A stretch of DNA of 62,377 nucleotides, filler included, from Nemertoderma westbladi (taxonomy: Eukaryota > Animalia > Xenacoelomorpha): NCBI GenBank assembly GCA_032718475.1. It is 3 parts of 3 records of this genome, joined end to end, with 100 filler letters (N's around TTAATTAATTAA, not from the genome) between each part and the next. Parts side by side here need not be neighbours in the genome. Positions count along the whole stretch, not along the records: positions 1 to 22,001 come from JAUCBJ010003459.1; 2 more parts are not named here. One strand, given 5' to 3'. The notes beneath the pieces are model-generated. The model was not told the DNA's origin, made no database searches, and saw only the letters and a list, made by a program, of their open reading frames with translations. Of this stretch, positions 11,763 to 22,101 are shown one piece after another. The position numbers and the translations under genes were made by a program. Numbering within the stretch: the first letter of the stretch is position 1; every line of letters begins with the position of its first letter.

Positions 11763-12574
11763 GTCGGTTCCGGACCAACACTTCCAGGTGCCCCCCGGTC
11801 GCCTCCGCCGCCTCGACAACCCCTAGCTAGGTGGCCCGCATCAGCACATTTAAAGCATACCACCTTCCCTGATGGTGACCCTCCTGCCGATTGGCATTCC
11901 CTCGCAAAATGTCCTGGTTTCCCACAGTTATAGCAACTGCTTGGGGTTCGCCCCCGGTCCGCCCCCATCTGCCCCACGCCGCCCCGACCCCGACCCCGAT
12001 GGTAGTCCGATTGGTCTCCTTGATATCGTTGACATCCACCTGCTGCGCCCATCTGCTCGCTGACTGTTTGCTCGGACAACATTCTCCTTGCAAGATTTAG
12101 CAATTCGCCGACACCCCCCTTTGATGCCATCGCTTTTACCTCCCCGCGCACTCTATCAGGCAGCCCGTTTGCGAACTGTACCGCAAGTATATCCATAGCG
12201 CACTGACTCGTCGGTTCCTCCGTTACCAGTGACAGCAGCCGCCGCAGGTCGGCCAAATATGTATCCGCTGACTCCGATCCCACCAGAACTCGGTTTTTGA
12301 ACTTCTCGAATGCAGTGTAGGCCGTATCAGCAAATGCCTGAATTAATGTTTTCCTCACTGTAGCATAGTCCCCTTTCTCTGTGTCGCTAAGCTGGCTGAC
12401 TACGTCATGTGCTGCACCTGTAAGCGACAACCGAAGGTAAGTTACTTTGCTATCCTCGCTGAGTTTCGACTCCACTTTCAGTATTTTGAATGTATCTTCA
12501 AAAGTTTCCAGCCACACGCATGGGTCGCTTCTACCATCAAACTTCGAAACGTAGTCTGCCAATTTAGGAGCCAT
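11696..12574 (-). CDS. gag: Gag with two CCHC zinc knuckles
   Basis: ATG at 12574 (MAPKLADY). Knuckles CYNCGKPGHFAREC and CFKCADAGHLARGC, plus an RG-rich linker. Confidence 0.93.
   Translation of the reverse strand: MAPKLADYVSKFDGRSDPCVWLETFEDTFKILKVESKLSEDSKVTYLRLSLTGAAHDVVSQLSDTEKGDYATVRKTLIQAFADTAYTAFEKFKNRVLVGSESADTYLADLRRLLSLVTEEPTSQCAMDILAVQFANGLPDRVRGEVKAMASKGGVGELLNLARRMLSEQTVSEQMGAAGGCQRYQGDQSDYHRGRGRGGVGQMGADRGRTPSSCYNCGKPGHFARECQSAGGSPSGKVVCFKCADAGHLARGCRGGGGDRGAPGSVGPEPTGNEKRGTLRPTDVSQGSWMHQ
11715..11762 (-). promoter_or_regulatory. Programmed -1 ribosomal frameshift signal (slippery G GGA AAC plus downstream stem)
   Basis: Heptamer GGGAAAC at 11762-11756 in the gag/pol overlap (gag T-G-N-E, pol D-G-K-R), followed by a GGGAACGT...ACGTTTCCC stem. 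Confidence 0.8.
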
Positions 12575-12587
12575 AGCCCGGTTAGCT

Positions 12588-12852
12588 TGTGGTGTTGTAA
12601 TAACAATAATGGTTAACAACAGTTCAGTATAATATAGGATTGTAATTATAAGATATTCCAGTATTCATTCAATACAGCATTCAGTCAATAGCTTTTACTG
12701 GTAGTCAACCTGTATCACTTACTGTACCGGTACTGCCGCACGGTACCTACCTACTCCCTTCAGTCCTGACTCTCCCCTACTGCTGTACCGCCGTCCTCCC
12801 CTACTCTAGGGGGCCGTATCCGCTTCACCCCCTGTGCGACTACCCTAACACA
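12588..12852 (-). repeat. 5' LTR (265 bp)
   Basis: Matches 8737-9001 and is followed on + by the TSD TCTAC. Confidence 0.97.
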
Positions 12853-13392
12853 TCTACTAGCTGTATCCCCTCCGAGGTGGTTTGACCTCTAACCTTCCTT
12901 TGTGTGTGGCTTCGGGGCTTGTGTTGCCCCCCCCCCCCAAATGTTGGTTGTGATACGAGATTAATATTGCTAATCTCGTATCTCCAACATATTGCTGAAA
13001 ATGCCACTATCCCATTTTCTGGTGGGTAATGAAGCGGAATTGAATCCGCTTACAAAATCCACAAGATTGGAAAAGCTACAACACCACTTGAAATATATGA
13101 ATATATGACTGAACCATTTGGATATGAAAGAGTGGAAAATATTCATACAATTCAAATTCCAGATGCACATATGTTGAAAAAACCTGCTTCACAAAAGACA
13201 CAAGTTATCATAGGACCATATACGGTACAATCATTAATACAACAACATTATTAATCATACCATCGATTGGTTCTTTTTGTGATTACAATAAGACAATTTA
13301 TTCGATGGCATAAGGGATTAATTATTCAAAGATGTCAACTTATTCCTCAGACTGAATACCAGATATATTAAATTAAATTAATGGAAGAACAG

Positions 13393-13662
13393 GAGTCTTA
13401 CACCCCCAATAAAAAATATAGAATCAGGACATTTAGCCCAAAATATTTCTCGACCCCTAGGGTCATCGAAGAACAACAAACACACAAACACAAACAAATA
13501 TAAATACATGCTAAACATACAGGTATGTGTCGCAACCCTAACCCTAAGCCTACCCGCCATACACTAAATGATACCGTTAATAAACTGCACAATAGCTAAG
13601 CCTATATTCTATAAGAAAATATATGACAATTTTGTCGCAATTTTGTTTGACAATTTTAATAC
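13393..13662. mobile_element. 270-bp insertion in BEL pol with a 3-bp direct repeat (CAG)
   Basis: Removing it restores the in-frame LMEEQ|MAEQQLI. It contains CCCTAACCCTAA and a short hairpin near the right end. Confidence 0.7.
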
Positions 13663-13848
13663 CAGATGGCAGAGCAACAATTAATCCGTTATGTCCAGAA
13701 AGAGTTCTATTCTACTGAGATAGAATGCTGCCTGAGAGGAGGGTCAATTAGGCCAGATAGCCCAATATATCAGCTGCACCCGAGATATGATGATGGAATA
13801 CTTCGAACAGATACAAGATTAACTAGAGCTCCATTAGACTCTGATACC

Positions 13849-16700
13849 GAGAGAAAGCCGCCCCAATATTAGATTATTACAACAACATATCCATTGGGTA
13901 AGAAAGTGGAGAAGAGCCAGGCACGACTCTCAATTTTTTCGTTTATATTATGCGATCAATTTTCACTCATCTCGTCATGAACACAACATGTATGTAAACT
14001 TTTGATAAATTTGTTGGCTATGCGTTTGCGGCTGTTTGGGCGGGGTGTGGTAGGCCTACACTTTTCACACTGAAACATTTTGGTTGTGAAATGTTCAGGG
14101 CACAGCGATCAGAGATATTTTATATATATTTTATTATGAGAGGAAAAAGAACATACAACGTTATTTACTATATTATATGTAACAAAATAATTGTTTTCGG
14201 GTTTAACTTGGAAGCCTCCCCAAATAGTTGATATACAATTATATTTAAAATTATTTCTATGGTCATGGTCATTCACCCGTCTTTAGTTAGAAATTTGTTT
14301 GCATGAAAGACAGTTTAGTTTAGTTTTTAATGATTTATTATCTCTTATCTGACTGGGGTAATAATAAAGGATAGTATAAATGGAAGCAAAGTGTGACAGT
14401 AACAAATATTTCCCCGTCACCCTAGCATGTCTTAAGTATATGATATCTCAAAGGGGGAAGTTTGGATTCACTGCATAAATGCAGTTCACCAAACTTCCCC
14501 CGAATGCACACTGTAACTTCCCCCTTCCCCCAAATATCCATTGTTGAATTAATTTGAAGCGATATAATATGTACAAAATTGTGCGAGTTTTTAATTGTGT
14601 GGTCCATTTGTTATTTGATCTCTATTTATTATTTAAAGTGCATTTAATATCACACTGGTTTTTAGAATATTACCGTATACTATACAACCTTATGTTTTAT
14701 TAATTTACCCAATCGAAGCCTCATAAGGGCCGGTTATTTTTGTACGCATATCCCCTAATGCGCTCAGTAAGGTTCAAACAACATATTAATATGAAAATAA
14801 AGTATCTGCAAAGAAAAGAACCCAATACTATATAATTTGACCTTATTAAAAAATTTGCACTTTTGCACACTTATTTGTACAAGTGCACTTTAGCAGATCG
14901 TAATGGTGGCTCTTATTTAACAAACTTATGTTTATCCTCTACCGATCTACGATGGTGTAAGATCAAGTGTCAGTCGCTAAAAGTGTCAAAAATCCAATTT
15001 AATAAATCTCGATATTTGCGATTTTGGACCATATTCATGGACATTTACATCACTTTATAGACATAAAAAGTTAAACAAATGTTACGATTATAGTTAGAAA
15101 TCATTCCAAACTACATTTTAATCCAAAAAATTACATTCTACGATGAATAGAACTGGAAATAATAGTGTTTGAACTATCGAAAAAATGTTCACTATTTAAG
15201 TGCATTTTGCACTTAGTGCACAGGTTCACGTTAATGAAACCGAAATCCAATATTGACCATTCTTATTTTTTTGCAAAAAAAAATTATTTTTATTTTTTCA
15301 CTAAAATCGCTCTAACTTCGGTTCTGGTGGTCCAAATTCAATAAAATTGGTATATTCTTTGCCGTAATTTTTTTCTTAATCTTTTGAAAAGGGGTTATTT
15401 TTGGCCCCAAAAAAATTAAAAAAAGGGCCAAAATAACGCGATATTTTTCGACCCTTAAAATTCGTAATTTTGATTATATATGTTAAGATAAAAGATAGCG
15501 GAGTTAATTTGATACTTTTTACAGGTACTTTTGGCGCAATACGCTAAATTATAATGGAATAGCGATTTGTTTAAAAAAAAATGTTTCGTCCCTTTTTATA
15601 AATATTATATTTCACACGATCGCCTGCCGCTCCAGTTTTATAATACCTCCGGCGCTGTGATTAACGCTGTTAGATAGATAATTTAACGCACTATAAGTCT
15701 GTGTAAACAAATCTCCCGTAAGTTAAGTAGTTTTCGAGCTAGACGATTTCCCGCGAAGCAAGTTTGAAGCGCGAAATTATAATTTTGGCCCTCATTTTTT
15801 TAATATCATCCTTGGAGCAAAACCGATAGCATATTTGAATTCCCCGTATGGATATTGACTGTATAGAATGTACCTTAACCAACTAAAGTTAAAAATAAAA
15901 AATTATTCGATAAAAACTACTTTACAAATTCTGGCCCTTTTTGGCCCCTATTGCCGACATATTTTTTGTACCCCCATTCGATAGGAACGTAGCCCCAATG
16001 GTCTTCTACGAGTTTCATAAAAGAATTAGTGGATTCCTACCCGCGTTGTCGAATTAAACTTTTCCAAAATAATAAGTTTTCCAAAAAAGACGGACAAAAA
16101 CGTACAAATTTACAGCCCCTTTTTCCACCCGAAATTTTAATAAATATCTTACCCCCATTCGATACGAAGGTAGTACCACTCTTCCCCTTTCCAACCGCGT
16201 TACTTTTGTCCCCGTACGATTAATATTAGCCGAGTTATAGCGGATCCCGCAAAGTCATTTTGTCCGTTTTTCAACTTTGACGGACATTTTCGGAAAAAAG
16301 GCGTGGTAATCTTTTTTGAAAAAAAAAAGAATTCACTAATCAATCCCTTCTATCGTATCCCGGCGTCGGCTAAGCAATAACCTAGGGTTTTTTCGAGCCA
16401 CTGTAGAGCGCCTTTCAAAAAAATTTTAAAATTGTCGAAAAAATGACGGTTTTTTGTCCGCCGTGTCCGTCAAAGGGTTAGATTTAATAATGTTAAAGTT
16501 GCTAATATCTTAGAATTCCGAGCCGCTCCCCTGGTGAGAAAATAAAAAAATTTGGTCAGTTCCTTCATCGAAAAGTCCCCCAGAATCCCAAGTTAACCTA
16601 TATAGTTAGCGATGGCCTGCGGCTTTAGGAGCGGCCGCGGTATTCACCTCCCTCATAGCGGCCGCGGCGGTGTTGCGTCAAATGGAGAAATATTTATCCC
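13849..16700. mobile_element. 2.85-kb (probably composite) non-coding insertion in BEL pol with a 3-bp direct repeat (ACC)
   Basis: Removing it restores the in-frame LDSDT|KNPIIIP. Confidence 0.72.
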
Positions 16701-17030
16701 ACCAAGAACCCTATTATCATTCCTGGGAAGTCACCACTAGCTCTACTCATAGTACGGCACTATCATGAAAGAAATCTACATTCAGGACAGCTTAAGAGGA
16801 ATGTAAGAAAAGGAGACCTTGTATTATTAGTAGAAGGAAATTTTGATAGAACAAGATGGCCTATGGCCCGAGTGATAGAAGTTCATCCCGGAGAAGATGG
16901 AATTGTTCGGACTGTAACTATTAAGACAGCAAGTGGTACATACCAGCGACCAGTATCCAAACTATGCCCTCTCGAGATTTGTGATGATGAGAATGGATCC
17001 GTAACAAACAAGACCTGGTATGGAGGATAA
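16701..17030 (+). pseudogene. BEL integrase N-terminus fused in frame to the C-terminal DUF5641-like domain (core deleted)
   Basis: Manual translation: TKNPIIIPGKSPLALLIVRHYHERNLHSGQ|LKRNVRKGDLVLLVEGNFDRTRWPMARV...KLCPLEI...GG*. Confidence 0.88.
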
Positions 17031-17171
17031 CAAGTGTAACTAGTAAATTAAGAATATATTTTCAATAACAAGGATTAATTATATTAAAAATTATGAAAGA
17101 AATTTGAAATCAAACATCACCAATGAATTATGACATATTCTAGAATTATGACAAGATTTACCAATATTATG

Positions 17172-17450
17172 CTACTACTACTACTAGGATCGGCATGCTG
17201 CATTGCAGCTGCATTTCTAAGAATGCTGTGCCGGCTTGTCAACAAAATTGCACCGCTATAACTCCCTATCACCCATGACATTTGCTAGATCATCCGCATC
17301 TTTAAGGCCAGTGTCCTTTAAGATACGTCTCAAGAAAGTCATGGGCTGTCCACCATGCTTATTCACTCCATGGGGCTGCCAAAGTACAAGATTATTTACT
17401 GGCTGGTCCTCACGGCGAAAGCAATGTCCTGCAAAGCGGAGGCGATTTAT
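17172..17450 (-). mobile_element. RTE-like LINE 3' fragment with (TAG)n tail, copy 1
   Basis: RLRFAGHCFRRED...LVLWQP. (CTA)n on + at 17172-17186. Homologous to the copies at 24141 and 36093. Confidence 0.82.
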
Positions 17451-18280
17451 GGTATATATAATAATATTATGGTATATCATAAACTATCAATAACAAATGG
17501 CCACAGGAGATTTACTCTCTTGTCACTTCATTATGGAGATGTGGAAAGCAAATGTATGATGTGGGTAAAGGATGTCGGGAAAAGGATAGGAATGATGAAA
17601 CAGGAAACATACTAGATACTACAATACAATAAATCTGATGAAAGATGACAGCAATGTATTATAATTAATAATGGTATGCTTATGCTTATGTTGATAAGTT
17701 GAATAAGATAATGCTAATGATAATGTTCTGCTTCGGACTTAGGTCCAAATGCTGTTCTTTCTGGAAGTCAGAAGTATGGAGCTAGCTTAAGAAAGGGGAG
17801 AAAAGATATATCAGAATGTCAATGGAGAGGACAGTGTTATTCTCTGGAAGCATCTCTGTGAATATATTATTATGATTTCTACAGGTTCCATGGATGGTTC
17901 CTCCTGAGTATGTTCTTCAAGAACTGAATGAGTCCAAAAATCAATGGCTTTAAGGGATTTGCCATAAAGTTGACAAAACCTACAAAATATACCTTTGTCA
18001 AAAGGTTGCTAGGGAAGATGAATGATGATTATTTCCTGAATATTGCAAATGATAATTAAGGTGCTTTGTTTAATATCAGCAGACAATGTTGGTGAATAAT
18101 TGAAAGATAAATGTTGAATGTTCTTTTATGTTGTTGTTGTTATTGTGATGTGCATACCTATACTATTTACGCTAGAAGATATTGTAATTGTATTAACCAG
18201 AAAGTTAGATATTTATCTCTTGTGTTTTATTTATACTGCTTAGATATATATAATATTGTCACTGATACCAATACAATTGA

Positions 18281-18797
18281 TATGGATTACTCCTTGTTAA
18301 GGAATAACCCTCTGCCAGTGGCTCTTAGGATAAAAGCGCCATCGGAGACTAAACATGAACCGACACACAAGTCATCACAAAGACTCCGACTGAAGTCTAC
18401 TCTCAAACGACACAAACCCCGTCCAAAGTCAAGAAGTATACCTGCCAAAGTCAACAGATGTTTGACTCCTAATCTTAACCTAAGGGGAGGGTTATCAGAA
18501 CCACCAGGCACATTTACCAGCTCTAGTAAATACAAGTATAAAATATATCCTTCCAAGTTTTACAGAGAACCTAATCCACACCATTTACAGCCAGTGACTG
18601 CTTTGAGTCAAGATTCGGATAGATGGTATTCCGATGCCCCCGCAGATCCAACACCAGTATCAATATCCATTGATACATTACCTTTGCAGCCCACTACATA
18701 TGAAGTCAAAACAACTGAAATAGTGTCTCCAATCCAACAAAGATCAGACTTTATTTCATGTCTCCAAGAAAAACCGTTTAGAAAAAATGTTAAATAG
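18281..18797 (+). other. Uncharacterised ORF or exon (Pro/Ser/Thr/Lys-rich), possibly a decayed gene extending to ~19245
   Basis: Open frame of ~170 codons from MDYSLL in AT-rich DNA. Coding-like but stop-interrupted sequence follows. No recognisable domain. Confidence 0.3.
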
Positions 18798-19250
18798 TTT
18801 AGCTCCATACCGTTTCTCACGCCAGTTACCTTATTCTGGTCGTCATCAAAGTTTTACTGGAGGCTGAAGGAGCAAATGACAGAAAATCATAATAGGAACG
18901 TAGATTTTCTCGGTTTTCTGTATCTATATAGGAATTCCCCTGCCATTGTTCCAAATCCGGATTAATAAATTGTATTCGGGTTCTATGGCCACCTAATTCC
19001 ACCTGCCTCATTTTGGAATCTCGAATTTTGATATCAGCAGCACTTACAAGAATCTCGTCAAATATTTTAGACAATCCGAGGACAAAGGAAACTTATTTGA
19101 GGCGTAGTTTCCTGCCATCATGAATCCCCATTGGCTGAGTAACAGTTTCTACAGAAACAATATAAGTATCGGGTCTCAGCAATATTATGCTAAGTTGGGT
19201 CTTCTTTTGAGAAATTACCTTGATAGTCGTGTATTTGCGGTACAAGGCAA

Positions 19251-19292
<42 letters not shown>

Positions 19293-21519
19293 GTTATTCA
19301 CAACATAAAAATAAGTGTGAAACCGACACAGAAGCGACTGACAGCAATAAAATTAACACACAATAGGTAAAAAAAGGGGGGCCAGGTAGCGCATTTTCTG
19401 ACCAAAAGGTCGAATTTTTGAAACATATCCTATCTGATGCAGAATTTCATGCTGAATCCAAATATGGAAACCGTTTTCCGATATCTGCTTAGTTTTTGAG
19501 ATATCTGGGATAGAAGATACTGGCTCCGATATATCGCGATATCGGTAAAGGAGATGAAGTTTGGATGGGGTTTGCATTCAATTTCTGTAAATTTCTGTGC
19601 TCAGTGGTGCCAATTGGATGTCTCAACGAGAAAGAGTACAAAATTTTAATTGAGAAGGTATTTTGTTATGATTATTGGACCTACTGATCAATCAGTTTAT
19701 AAGACAATGTTAAGTCTCCGGAATAAAGACGGGACTCGAATAAGCGACTCTGCGGTCTTGCGGGATTACACGGAATAGACTTATTGGTCATCGGAGATCT
19801 TCAAAATGTATAATCTCCAGTTCTAGTGGTTTGCTGCGTACCCATCTGACGGATTAAGTACAATAATATACTGTGTTGTATAGCTAAACTATACACTACA
19901 GTAGACACCAGGCTTACCTTCACTGAAACCTACACTGGGTTTGTCACTGATTAGAAAACCATTATCCAATTATTTAAAACCGGTGGTCTTTTTTCTCAGT
20001 AAAACTAGGGTTTTATGAGAAACCAGTAGTTTGATAAAAAAAATATAAAAGTTTTATAATTCTTTTAAAAGTGATTGCAATTAACCCTTATGTCAATACC
20101 ACTCAAACTAATAGTATAAATCGTTAATTTGGAACACTTATTCTTTTTTCGAAACCTATGTTAAAAATCGCAAATACAGGTTTGGTTTTTTCAGTGTACT
20201 GACCTACTACCATATAGTTAGATTAACCTATACAATAATTGGGACATACAATCCAAGTTGTTAAAAATTAACTACGCACACTGCTTCTACGTTCGTGTAG
20301 TTGATATCGATTGTGAGATGACAAAACATATTTACTGATTCTGGAATAACTTGGAATTATAATTACTAATAATATATCGATAAGTAGACCATATTATTTA
20401 TATAACTAACATTATAAACCATCCGCATAATATGCAGCAGGGCTATGGGACTTAATATATACGAATATCTTCTATATACTTACGAATATTATGTAATACA
20501 AAATCCTCTGAATTCCGATGCATCAAGTGAAAGCAATTCGTCTATAGGGAATAAACCTAGTTTTACTAACAAGCGTTATTGCAATACATAGATCTGGAGC
20601 TGGAATGTAATACATAGCACAGAATAATTCAATTGTTACATTATTTGGCGAAATAAAGTTGGTTTCAAATAAACATAATTATAAAAAGAAAAGCCGTGCC
20701 CTTAAATAATGGTAACAATATTTAATAACCCAAATAGTAATGGGCAATCCAAATTGTATCCATATTTATTGCATTTCCGCACCAATAAGTCCTTTAAATC
20801 CAACTATAAGATAAATTACTAAGGCCTAACCTATCCGCAAATTAATTTATTAATCTACAAACAAATCCAAATCTATTACTTAAATTAAAAAATAGCAATA
20901 AACAGCATCTAAGTGGTATTTTAAAATAAGTCCACATAAGACATATAACAACTACACCTTGCATGTGACTAAAAATTAATTTACGTTAAGTAACACGATA
21001 AACTAATGTTAAACCAACAGTTACCGGTAGGTCGGTTGTTCTTCTTCATATGGTCGAATTCATTCTCAGCAATTTATGAAAAAAATTCCACTGGGCCATA
21101 AACCTCTGGTTCGAATTAATGAATCTTTAGTGAATAACACTGATACACCAATAAATTTAAGCACAAAAATACAAGTCAATTTCAACGATTAAACAAATTC
21201 CTTACAGGAAATTAAAAATAAATTAACGTAACAGAGATAATATAACGTGTGATTAAAATAATTTAAATAAATTGAATTATATCTCAATACCATTCATTGA
21301 CTTAGTATATCAATAAAATTGACTAAGTAATTATATATTATAAATTAATTGTTGTTGGGTGGGTGACGGCGAATTCAATACATATTATGTTTTTCGCTAT
21401 GGAGAGCATTATCATAATGTAAGTTATAACATAATATATAAAGTAATTATATTGCCCCCCCCCCCCCCCCTGTACTCATTTAGCAACGTAAGGATGCAAG
21501 ACAGAGATGCGCCCAGGCT

Positions 21520-21640
21520 GGTCCCTTTAATGCATTCGTGCGAAATGAAACCTACCCTGGCTCCTATGAAGGGATCGAATCCACGACATCCGGAGGGATC
21601 TGAATTCAGCAATGGATTGAAACACTTCGCCAAGGTGCGA
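21520..21640 (-). mobile_element. tRNA-derived SINE copy
   Basis: Minus strand has a B-box-like GATTCGATCCC followed by GAATGCATTAAAGGGA, shared with the copies at 39765 and 59995. Confidence 0.65.
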
Positions 21641-21714
21641 CTTTTTAAGTTGACTGTTTCCATGATTAATACAATACATTCATTATCATTGTATCCAAGG
21701 TATACTGTGCCATT

Positions 21715-22001
21715 GGCCAATATGTCCATCTCCATGGCCTATTGTTACATGGTCAAATATGTCCATGGTCCAATATGTGCATGGTCAAATATGTCCATGG
21801 TAAATTATGTCCATGGTCAATATGTGCATGGTTCAATATGTGCATGGTCAATATGTCATGGTCAAATATGTCCATGGTCAAATATGTCCATGGCGCAAAT
21901 ATGCCCATGGTCCAATATGTCCATGGTCAATATGTGCGTAGTCAAATATGTCCATGGTCAAATATGTCCATGGTCAAATATGTCCATGGCGTAAATATTG
22001 T
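21715..22001. repeat. 15-16 bp tandem repeat (GGTCAAATATGTCCAT) running into an assembly gap
   Basis: Directly visible. Confidence 0.92.
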
Positions 22002-22101
22002 NNNNNNNNNNNNNNNNNNNNNNNNNNNNNNNNNNNNNNNNNNNNTTAATTAATTAANNNNNNNNNNNNNNNNNNNNNNNNNNNNNNNNNNNNNNNNNNN
22101 N
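22002..22101. other. Assembly gap linker (N44-TTAATTAATTAA-N44)
   Basis: An identical 100-nt construct is at 50825-50924. Confidence 0.97.

Larger units (their letters stand above)
8737..12852 (-). mobile_element. Ty3/Gypsy-type LTR retrotransposon (gag-PR-RT-RH-IN), full boundaries, internally deleted
   Basis: Two 265-bp direct repeats with TG...CA ends (8737-9001, 12588-12852; 2 mismatches seen). 5-bp TSD TCTAC at 8732-8736 and 12853-12857. Domain order PR-RT-RH-IN on the minus strand. Confidence 0.97.
8279..12939. mobile_element. Possible solo LTR (~540 bp: 8279-8736 plus 12858-12939) split by the Gypsy-type element
   Basis: Non-coding block interrupting BEL pol. It starts TGTGAC and ends near CA. 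Flanks AATC/AATG form only an imperfect TSD. Confidence 0.35.
5258..17030 (+). mobile_element. Decayed BEL/Pao LTR retrotransposon pol region fragmented by nested insertions; LTRs not found
   Basis: Collinear BEL pol pieces: protease FLDNGSDCSLI (ORF 5224), RT DIKAMFHQV...FYVDD (ORF 6301), WFQGPEFL (~8172-8195), AEQQLIRYVQ...LHPRYDDGILR (13666-13848), KNPIIIP...HYHERNLHSG and the DUF5641-like KGDLVLL...WPMARVIEVHPGEDGIVR...RPVSKLCPL (16701-17030). Confidence 0.92.

Noticed and set aside
10369-12616. Plus-strand ORFs within the LTR element
   Set aside because: Antisense shadows of gag/pol with no recognisable motifs.
13393-13665. Spliceosomal intron in BEL pol
   Set aside because: It ends in CAG but lacks a GT/GC donor; an insertion with a 3-bp duplication explains it better.
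19921-20196. CACTG...CAGTG MITE
   Set aside because: Only a very short terminal match and no convincing TSD.
21359-22053. ORFs of 211 aa and 103 aa
   Set aside because: They are made of SINE sequence and a 16-bp tandem repeat running into Ns.
22046-22057. TTAATTAATTAA as a biological motif
   Set aside because: It is centred in symmetric N-runs at both gaps, so it is an artificial linker. Adjacency across the gaps is unverified.
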